Positions 39,752 through 47,359 of a DNA stretch of 64,000 nt are shown piece after piece. Origin of the DNA: Bacteroidales bacterium UBA5072. Lineage in GTDB: Bacteria > Bacteroidota > Bacteroidia > Bacteroidales > UBA10428. Below the pieces are notes generated by a model that was not told the DNA's origin, searched no databases, and worked only from the letters and a program-made list of their open reading frames with translations. Made by a program: the position numbers and the translations under genes. The DNA is taken from contig DIAS01000126.1 of the NCBI GenBank assembly GCA_002415855.1, positions 26,981-90,980 on the forward strand, written 5' to 3'. Every line of letters begins with the position of its first letter. Position 1 is the first letter of the stretch.

Positions 39752-40628
39752 TTCATCGGAAATGATGCCGGAGCCGACGCTGCTGAAGCCGTTGGTAGAG
39801 CCTGATGGTACTATTAAAGCGGTTGCATTTGATGTTTATGGTACCATCCTGATTTCAGCATCCGGTGATATCGATGAATCGGTAATCTCCGCGGAGAACT
39901 TTAAGGCGGCTTTGGATGCTTCGGGCATTGTGCTTGCTGAAACAGTACTTGAACCGGAGATGTTCTTTACAGAGGTGTTGGAGGAATTCAAGAATTTGAT
40001 CAAAACCTTTCACCAGACAGCGCGATCCGACTGTAAGCCATATCCGGAAATCAACATCCTCGAGATATGGGAGAAGATCATCATGGACAATAACAACAGG
40101 AACAGGCTCATACTCAGTGGTCCCCTGTGCATTAAATGCTTTACCTTTGTTTTTGAGGTACTCAGCAACCGGATCTATCCAATGCCGGGTATGAAAGATG
40201 TAATCAATAACCTGGCAGAGAGGAAATTCCCGCTGGGTCTTATTTCCAACGCGCAGTTTTATACACCCGTTATCCTTAACTTCTTCCTGCATGATACCAT
40301 CACAGAATCCGAACAGGTAGAACCCTTTGATCCCGATCTTACGATTTTCTCCTACCAGCATCAGCGCTCAAAACCCGATGCTGTTCTATTCGAACATTTT
40401 AAAACGCAATGCCGGAATAAATTCGGGATTCATCCCGATGAGATCTTATTCATCGGCAATGATATGCTCAGAGATGTATTCCCGGCCCGGATGGCAGGTT
40501 TTAAGACTGCACTGTTTGCCGGTGACACCAAGTCGCTGAGATTACGTCCTGAACTGTCTGATCTAAAAGGAATTACACCGGATTATGTCATCACCGAATT
40601 ACGTCAACTGTTTAAAATATTACTGTAA
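39708..40628 (+). CDS. HAD-superfamily phosphatase (possible sugar-glycerate-phosphate phosphatase)
   Basis: Motif I 'FDVYGT', II 'LISNAQ', III 'KPD', IV 'FIGNDMLRD'. Confidence 0.88.
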   Translation: MERNYLQYITKFLSDSSEMMPEPTLLKPLVEPDGTIKAVAFDVYGTILISASGDIDESVISAENFKAALDASGIVLAETVLEPEMFFTEVLEEFKNLIKTFHQTARSDCKPYPEINILEIWEKIIMDNNNRNRLILSGPLCIKCFTFVFEVLSNRIYPMPGMKDVINNLAERKFPLGLISNAQFYTPVILNFFLHDTITESEQVEPFDPDLTIFSYQHQRSKPDAVLFEHFKTQCRNKFGIHPDEILFIGNDMLRDVFPARMAGFKTALFAGDTKSLRLRPELSDLKGITPDYVITELRQLFKILL

Positions 40629-42082
40629 TGGACATTTCTCATCTTAACTATGGCATCATCCATTCCCTCATCGGGAAGAATGACGGGGTTTCAATTGTGA
40701 TCGACCAGTCGGTGATTGCTATGGTAAAAAGTCTTGGTATTCAGCTGGGAAATATCCATTTTTTGGCTGCCCATTCCTCACCCCGGTTTAATGCGCAAAC
40801 GCATGATGTTTTCTGGCATAAGAATGAGATACATTCCACCATCATCAGGAACTTCAGCCAGCCAGCTGATAACGGAACACTGGATAAGCTTATTCATGAG
40901 AACGCACTCGTGGCCAAGGACATTATCGCCGAGTTTGTTCAGCGGAACAACATCGACATCATCATTGCCCATAATACTTCACATCCCTACAATTTTATTA
41001 CGGCAGTAGGCCTGGGTTATTATTTTGAATCATTGCGTGAAAACAACATCATCTGGCCAAAAATTCTCGTTTGGTGGCACGATTCATATTTTGAACGCAA
41101 GCAGTTTGAAAATCCAAACCCGGTCATTCAGAAGTACCTGAAATATTTGCCTGGCACATATGTCGACGGCATCGTATTCATCAATTCCACCCAGCCCGAA
41201 CTCGCAAGAAAGGTCTTTAAAAAATACAGCACCAACAGGCTGGATGAGTATTTCAGGGACCGTACCGCAGTGATTCCCAATACGCACGATGTTACCTGGG
41301 ACTGGGAGAAATATAACTGGGAAGGCTATGATTTAAACTATCCCCCGCAGGATATTTACAACAGGTCCTTTTTCAAGAACATCGGCTTGACCGCCATGGT
41401 GGAATCAGCCGGTTTTACCATGAGCGATACGGTTATCCTTTTGCAGCATACACGGATCGTCCCGCGAAAAAAGATTGAATTTGCAGTCGACCTGGCCTTT
41501 GAGCTGGAGAGGAGGTTCCAGAAAGCCGGAAACAGAAAGTGTATAGCCTTACTTGTCAGCGGCCATTCAGGAGACGAACAGGTAAAGTACAAGGAATTCC
41601 TTGCGGAATATTTTGCATTGAAAAAGGAAGAATATTCCGGTTCTCCTGTTTTCCTGGTATTTGGTGAACACAGGATACTCTCGCACCGGGATATCATTGT
41701 GGATAAAAAATATTATGATTTTTTTGAAATACCGGGAATAATTTCTGCGACGGGAGGGATTGGTACCTACTTCAGCCAGGTGGAAGGATTTGGGAATAAC
41801 CTGCTCGAAATGCTGGCAGCGGGGTTACCTGTAGTTATTAACAAGTATCATGTTTTCAGATCGGATCTCGAACCGCTGGGCTTTGAGCTGCCACATGTGG
41901 AAGAGAATATCCTGGATCCGGAGATTATTGAAACAACTTATAAACTTGTCACAGACTACAAATTTCGCAATCAGGTTGTCAGTCACAATCTCAAAATACT
42001 GGATGAGAAGCTTGGCCACAGGGTAATAGCTGAATTGCTTGCTCCGCTTATCAATAATATCTTTACACGCGGGTTGCGATAA
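40628..42082 (+). CDS. GT4 glycosyltransferase, MggA/MggS (mannosylglucosyl(phospho)glycerate synthase)-like
   Basis: N-terminal 'G..DGVS', 'WWHDSYFER', 'LLQHTRIVPRKKIE.AVDL', 'EGFGNNLLE'; start overlaps the HAD stop (TAATG). Confidence 0.7.
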   Translation: MDISHLNYGIIHSLIGKNDGVSIVIDQSVIAMVKSLGIQLGNIHFLAAHSSPRFNAQTHDVFWHKNEIHSTIIRNFSQPADNGTLDKLIHENALVAKDIIAEFVQRNNIDIIIAHNTSHPYNFITAVGLGYYFESLRENNIIWPKILVWWHDSYFERKQFENPNPVIQKYLKYLPGTYVDGIVFINSTQPELARKVFKKYSTNRLDEYFRDRTAVIPNTHDVTWDWEKYNWEGYDLNYPPQDIYNRSFFKNIGLTAMVESAGFTMSDTVILLQHTRIVPRKKIEFAVDLAFELERRFQKAGNRKCIALLVSGHSGDEQVKYKEFLAEYFALKKEEYSGSPVFLVFGEHRILSHRDIIVDKKYYDFFEIPGIISATGGIGTYFSQVEGFGNNLLEMLAAGLPVVINKYHVFRSDLEPLGFELPHVEENILDPEIIETTYKLVTDYKFRNQVVSHNLKILDEKLGHRVIAELLAPLINNIFTRGLR

Positions 42083-42094
42083 CATTTGACCGGT

Positions 42095-43825
42095 ATGGAA
42101 GATGCAGCAAAGTACGGACAGCAGCACGCGGATATGGCGGAATTTGCAGGTATGATCGCAAGGCATTTACAGGGTATTTATAAAACCGGGTTTAGTGAAG
42201 GACTGGTAAACCGGATACTGAAGCTTGCAGACCAGCGGCATGAGGCAAAACCACTTTGGAATGAGCGCGAAATGGTATTGATCACTTACGGCAACGGAAT
42301 TGTCATGCCTGACAGGAAACCACTGCAGATTCTCCTGGACTTTCTTCGTGAAAGGCTGGCGGGGAAAATTACATGCGTCCATATTCTGCCATTCTTCCCT
42401 TATACCTCCGATGACGGATTTTCGGTAAGCGATTACATGAATGTTGATCCGGCGCTGGGCAGCTGGGCTGATATAACAGCCATTGGAGCTGAATTTGGTC
42501 TGATGACCGACCTCGTCATAAATCATGTATCAGCCAGCCACCCCTGGTTCAAAAACTACCTGGCAGGCAAAGACCCCGGGAAGGACTTTTTTATAGAATC
42601 AGAGCCTGACACTGATTACAGCCAGGTGGTCAGGCCCCGAAGCACGCCCTTGTTTACCGGGTTTGAATCACCCAGGGGGACGAAGAAAGTATGGACCACG
42701 TTCAGCAATGATCAGGTTGACCTGAACTTCTCAAACCCGGAGGTCCTGATTGAAATGATCAGGATTTTGCTGTTTTATGTAAGCAAGGGAGTACGCATCA
42801 TTCGCCTCGATGCCATTGCCTTTCTCTGGAAGGAGAGAGGAACAACCTGTCTGCACCTGCCTGAGACCCATGCGATTGTAAAGCTTTTGCGGGATGTTGT
42901 TTCTTATGTGAGCCCCGGCACCATAATCCTGACGGAGACAAATGTGCCGAATACGGAAAACTGGAGCTATTTTGGCAATGCCGACGAAGCCCACATGGTT
43001 TACCAGTTCAGCCTGCCGCCCTTGCTGCTGCATGCTTTGTTTACCGGCAACTCAGAGCACCTGAACCAATGGGCAGGCAGCATACCCGAACTCAATGCGA
43101 ACCAGACCTTTCTGAATTACACCGCATCTCATGACGGCATTGGCATCAGACCACTTGAAGGGTTGCTGCCGGACCGTGAGATCCTGCAATTGCTTGAAGC
43201 CATGTCAGCTTTCGGAGGGATGGTCAGTTACAGGAGTAATCCTGATGGATCTCAGAGTCCTTACGAGATTAACATCACCTTTTTAGACGCCATGAAGGGC
43301 GATATAAACGGGCCGGATGAGTTCCAGGAAGCAAGGTTCATCTGTTCACAAACGATCATGATGTCCCTGAAGGGAATACCCGCGTTCTATTTCAATAGTC
43401 TCACAGGTACTGCAAACGATCATGAAGGTGTCAGGGCAACAGGAAGAGCCCGCAGCATTAACCGCAAGCAGTGGCGTGCGGATGAACTTGTGTCACTTTT
43501 GTCAACTGATACCATGCACAGCAGGATATTTAAGGAGCTGATTCGTCTTGTCGGGATTAGACAGGGCTGTTCTGCATTTCACCCCGGAAGCAGGCAGGAG
43601 GTGCTGCCGCTTGGTGAACAGGTGGTTGCTTTTAAGAGGTTCAACACAGCAACAGGTGACAGTATCATTTGTATTTCCAATCTTGCAGTGAGGCAAGTGG
43701 ATATTCAAACATCGTTGGTACGGATAAAAAATGGATACGATCTGATATCCTGCCGGAATTTGCAGCAACAATCAGATCGTATCCGAATAAATGCCTTTCA
43801 GACTTTATGGATTGCTGAAAGTTAA
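42095..43825 (+). CDS. GH13_18 phosphorylase, glucosylglycerate phosphorylase (YcjM-type)
   Basis: 'LITYG', 'HILPFFPYTSDDGF', 'DLVINH', nucleophile 'RLDAIAFLWK', acid/base 'TETNVP', 'ASHDGIG', 'YEINIT'. An alternative TTG start lies at 42086. Confidence 0.85.
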   Translation: MEDAAKYGQQHADMAEFAGMIARHLQGIYKTGFSEGLVNRILKLADQRHEAKPLWNEREMVLITYGNGIVMPDRKPLQILLDFLRERLAGKITCVHILPFFPYTSDDGFSVSDYMNVDPALGSWADITAIGAEFGLMTDLVINHVSASHPWFKNYLAGKDPGKDFFIESEPDTDYSQVVRPRSTPLFTGFESPRGTKKVWTTFSNDQVDLNFSNPEVLIEMIRILLFYVSKGVRIIRLDAIAFLWKERGTTCLHLPETHAIVKLLRDVVSYVSPGTIILTETNVPNTENWSYFGNADEAHMVYQFSLPPLLLHALFTGNSEHLNQWAGSIPELNANQTFLNYTASHDGIGIRPLEGLLPDREILQLLEAMSAFGGMVSYRSNPDGSQSPYEINITFLDAMKGDINGPDEFQEARFICSQTIMMSLKGIPAFYFNSLTGTANDHEGVRATGRARSINRKQWRADELVSLLSTDTMHSRIFKELIRLVGIRQGCSAFHPGSRQEVLPLGEQVVAFKRFNTATGDSIICISNLAVRQVDIQTSLVRIKNGYDLISCRNLQQQSDRIRINAFQTLWIAES

Positions 43826-43843
43826 TATCCTGAAAAGGTAGAA

Positions 43844-44356
43844 TTAGTTCTTATAAGCCATATCCTGCAGGGATTTGCTGACAATCAGGTTGTATTTCTC
43901 AGCATTGCCTGTGTTCATTACAAACCTCAGTTTATCCTGTTCCATAAAGAAATCTATGGCAGAACCCGAATTGATCATGCCTTTTCTTTCTGTAATAATG
44001 AGACTGTTTGATCCCTGAAGCTTGCTGATCACTTCGTTCAACCGTGAAATTTTACCATCACCGACAAAAACAATATGGCAACGTGAAACACTCTGAGGAT
44101 CATCGAATTTCTTAACAATGATGGGTTGAGATCCAACTTTTTTATTGGCCACAAAGGCAATTAGGCTGTTATAGATCTCATTGTCACCTACCACACCAAT
44201 AATAAATTCGCCGGAAGAACTTCCTGCGGGCCACTGGATAAGGCGTGAGAAATTGTAAATGAACATGGTCTGTGCCTGGCTGACACTGCTGACCTGGGAA
44301 TGCCCGAATCCAACGCTCAGCAGAATCAATGCGATAAGTAAAACTCCTTTCTTCAT
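43844..44356 (-). CDS. YfiR-family (DUF4154-like) periplasmic protein
   Basis: Signal peptide, 'FIYNFSRLIQWP', 'IGVVG', 'CHIVFV', 'LIITE', 'I.F....KLRF.MN...A'. Start set at MKKGVLL (44356). Confidence 0.8.
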   Translation of the reverse strand: MKKGVLLIALILLSVGFGHSQVSSVSQAQTMFIYNFSRLIQWPAGSSSGEFIIGVVGDNEIYNSLIAFVANKKVGSQPIIVKKFDDPQSVSRCHIVFVGDGKISRLNEVISKLQGSNSLIITERKGMINSGSAIDFFMEQDKLRFVMNTGNAEKYNLIVSKSLQDMAYKN

Positions 44357-44510
44357 CAATATTTGATTTAGTTTTCCTATTTTACGGTATAATGCGGAAA
44401 AGGTTCTCAACACTGTATAATAAAAAAAGGTGATATACATCACCTTTTGAAAAAAGTTGAATAAAACCTCAACTGGCTATGTCTTTTAGGCCAATAAAAA
44501 AAGGGATATT

Positions 44511-44621
44511 CTATCCCTTTTTGGTTTCACGTTTTTCTTTCTTGGCAGCCCTTTTTTCTTTTAAACTCAGTTTAGCCGCCTTCTTTTCTTTTTCTTTAGT
44601 AGGGGATTTCTCTTTGGACAT
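44511..44621 (-). CDS. Small Lys/Glu-rich basic protein, 36 aa (MSKEKSPTKEKEKKAAKLSLKEKRAAKKEKRETKKG); below the ORF-track cutoff
   Basis: Manually translated ATG 44621 to TAG 44511; AT-rich upstream context; fills an otherwise empty gap in the co-oriented minus-strand run. Confidence 0.7.
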   Translation of the reverse strand: MSKEKSPTKEKEKKAAKLSLKEKRAAKKEKRETKKG

Positions 44622-44689
44622 ATTTCTAGGATTATGTTTTTACAAAAATAGAAAATGCTTCAGAAAAATAATTACAGAAACCTGAAAAC

Positions 44690-47317
44690 TTATTGTTCAA
44701 GTTTGAGTATTTGTTCACCTATGCCGATTTTATATCCAGCAGAGAACATTTGGATTGTGCCGTGCTTGTCGCACAAAATTACCAAGGGCAGATTGTCTTT
44801 AAGCCCTTTGCCATAAATGGCATCTGCAGCCTTAAGTAAATTGTCCTTATAGTCGATACCTGCAAGATAATCCGAGGGCAGGGTGTAGGCATCCAGCACA
44901 CTGAGCCCTGATCGTTTATCGGCGGATGCCAGGAACAGGAACCTTGTGTTCCAGTTGTTGAAATGATCCACATAGGCACCAAGGTCATTCAGGATATGCC
45001 TGGATGGTTCAAGTCCCGGATCAAGTAATACCACAACCAGGTTCTTTTCCGCTGTAAGCGTTGCCAGGCTTTCCGGTGATGAGTGTTCCGGAATAACGGC
45101 CAGCAGCCTTTCCAGGTTCAGTTTTCCAATCACTGGTAATTCTCCGGTTTTTTCCCGCAGCTGAACAGGTAACCTGGTTACACGGCCTGGTTCTATGGTG
45201 AAGTAGGTCAGCGTGCTCAGGACTGATCCGTTTTCCAATCGGTTCCCGGAGATGAGCACATATCGCCCGGTATCGAGCGGAATCGAATGAAAGCTTTCCG
45301 CCTGACGTCCCTCTTCAAATTCAAGGGTACCATAATGACCATCCCGGAGCATTCCGATCGTAAAATGTGTATAGTATCCCGGTGGAACCGGGTTATTCCC
45401 GGACCCTGTCAGCGTCAGAAACCCCTGTACGGTCCGCTCGGCTGGTTTGTCAAAGGAGGCTCTGGTCCATTCACCGTTATGCAGGTATTCTGGAAAACGG
45501 TCCACCGGATTCATCCGGGCCGGAATGCCAAATGTACGGCAGACCGCAACGAAAAAGATATCTCTTGATTGCAGGTCTGCCACTCGCAGATTGTAAACAC
45601 CGACAGGCGTAAGTGGGGCCCTGGAGTGCTGATTGGCGCGTTCATCAATGCGGATATTCTCTTTTATCCAGCGAATGAGGACTGCCATATCCGTTTTAAC
45701 CGAAGGCTCCAGGAACGACATCTTTTTCCGCAGGAAGCTGCGCCAGGGAGACAGATTCTCCAGGTCGATCCGGGGTGAAAGAATATACTTTACGAACGTT
45801 TCGCGGTTGATTCCTTCAACAGCAAGTGATTCCCTCAGATGGTCGGTGAGAACAGCTTCACGGGCATCGCTGCAATCCTTGTCGGATAGCACGCTTGCAA
45901 GGGCCAGAACGTAGCTGCGGTAATTCTCTGAGTTTTTTTCAAGATAGGCAGAAATTTGAGGCCAGTTGCCATAGCTTTTTTCAATGAGCCTCCAAACCGT
46001 GTCGCAGTCGAGTTGAAGCCGCTTAGCCAGAACAGTAGCCCAGATGCTGTCTTTGAAGGTGCTCATGTAAGCATTGCGCAAAGAATCCTCCTGCAGAAGG
46101 CGCAGGTCATTCTCTTTTCTTTTCTGGGCGCTGATCTGGTTATCCGTTTTGATGGCATGGGGAGGGACAATGTCATAGCATTCGGTGTGGGGCATTTGTG
46201 CAGTTTTATTTAGTACCAGCACCAGTGTGTCGGTTTCCAGGACGGTTATCTTCCGGTAATTGAACAATCCTTTTTTTGAAGTCCAGATCATCAGGTCGCC
46301 CATGCCAGTGGTCAAATGTGCCCGACCCTTTTTATCGGTATATTTTGTTGCAATGGGAAAGAATTCAGCATAGTTGTAAAGCTTGAATTCAACTTTTGCA
46401 CTTTCAGCAGGCCTGCCGTCGGGATTCTTTACAACCACAGTAATTGTTTTAACCGGAGCGTAATTTGCAGTAAGGTTCAGCTCTGAGAACCGATCAGCTT
46501 CATCAACAACCTCTTCCTTTCCGAAATAGCGGCCGTATACCCTGGTATGCAACAACATGATGCGTCGCGACTGCTCGCTGAACCAACCCATATTCAAGGC
46601 TGGTTCCGGTTCGCATGCACCCATATAATGCCATGCACCGTTGATCCATACCTCAACCCAGGCATGGTTATCATCCGTATGAGCCCAGCGTGGTGTATAA
46701 ACCTGCCGTGCCGGGATACCGGCTGTCCGCATTGCAGATACCGTAAAAGTGGATTCCTCGCCGCAACGGCCGAATGTCTTTTTTATCGTGCACAACGGGG
46801 CACTGGTGCGTGCATCGGTTCCCCTGTAGTTTACTTTTTCATGGCACCAGTGGTTTATCTCGAGCGCAGCATCTGTCATATTCATGTCTTTGACGCGTTC
46901 TTTGATTTCCTGGTACATGACCAGCCGGAAAGAATCAAGGTTTTCGTTATTGACCCGCAACGGAAGAACGAAATGAAGAAAAATATCTTCCGGGATTCCG
47001 CTGCTCCAGGGCATTTGTTTTCGGGCTTTCAGACATTGCCTAACATTCGACAGAAAAAATGATGGCGGATAATCAGCCAGGTCGCTCAGGGGCATGTAAG
47101 CATACAGAAATTCAAGAGCCTGCCTTTCATCGTCAGCCATTTTCTGGTTGAATATATCCCACAAGGGTAACTGACTGTTTGCAGTGAGTTGCTTCTGGAT
47201 CAGTATCATCCGTTGAATATCGGCCTTGCGTGATGGCGATTGGATCAATTCCTCCTCTTTCCTGCATCCGAAAATCAACAAGAGGAATAATGCCGTGGTT
47301 ACGCTGAATCTGTTCAT
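44690..47317 (-). CDS. Lipoprotein with transglutaminase-like core (PNGase-like motif), a degenerate second TG repeat and a thioredoxin-like tail
   Basis: Lipobox 'LIFGC'; 'FLHFVLPLRVNNENL', 'GRCGEES', 'NHAWVEVW', 'WHYMGACEP'. Confidence 0.8.
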   Translation of the reverse strand: MNRFSVTTALFLLLIFGCRKEEELIQSPSRKADIQRMILIQKQLTANSQLPLWDIFNQKMADDERQALEFLYAYMPLSDLADYPPSFFLSNVRQCLKARKQMPWSSGIPEDIFLHFVLPLRVNNENLDSFRLVMYQEIKERVKDMNMTDAALEINHWCHEKVNYRGTDARTSAPLCTIKKTFGRCGEESTFTVSAMRTAGIPARQVYTPRWAHTDDNHAWVEVWINGAWHYMGACEPEPALNMGWFSEQSRRIMLLHTRVYGRYFGKEEVVDEADRFSELNLTANYAPVKTITVVVKNPDGRPAESAKVEFKLYNYAEFFPIATKYTDKKGRAHLTTGMGDLMIWTSKKGLFNYRKITVLETDTLVLVLNKTAQMPHTECYDIVPPHAIKTDNQISAQKRKENDLRLLQEDSLRNAYMSTFKDSIWATVLAKRLQLDCDTVWRLIEKSYGNWPQISAYLEKNSENYRSYVLALASVLSDKDCSDAREAVLTDHLRESLAVEGINRETFVKYILSPRIDLENLSPWRSFLRKKMSFLEPSVKTDMAVLIRWIKENIRIDERANQHSRAPLTPVGVYNLRVADLQSRDIFFVAVCRTFGIPARMNPVDRFPEYLHNGEWTRASFDKPAERTVQGFLTLTGSGNNPVPPGYYTHFTIGMLRDGHYGTLEFEEGRQAESFHSIPLDTGRYVLISGNRLENGSVLSTLTYFTIEPGRVTRLPVQLREKTGELPVIGKLNLERLLAVIPEHSSPESLATLTAEKNLVVVLLDPGLEPSRHILNDLGAYVDHFNNWNTRFLFLASADKRSGLSVLDAYTLPSDYLAGIDYKDNLLKAADAIYGKGLKDNLPLVILCDKHGTIQMFSAGYKIGIGEQILKLEQ

Positions 47318-47359
47318 GGGTATCTGCTATTTGTCAGGTTTCTAATCACAGTCAGCATG

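Noticed and set aside
44479-44685. 68-aa F/S/L-rich plus-strand ORF
   Set aside because: It is the mirror image of the Lys-rich small ORF on the minus strand.
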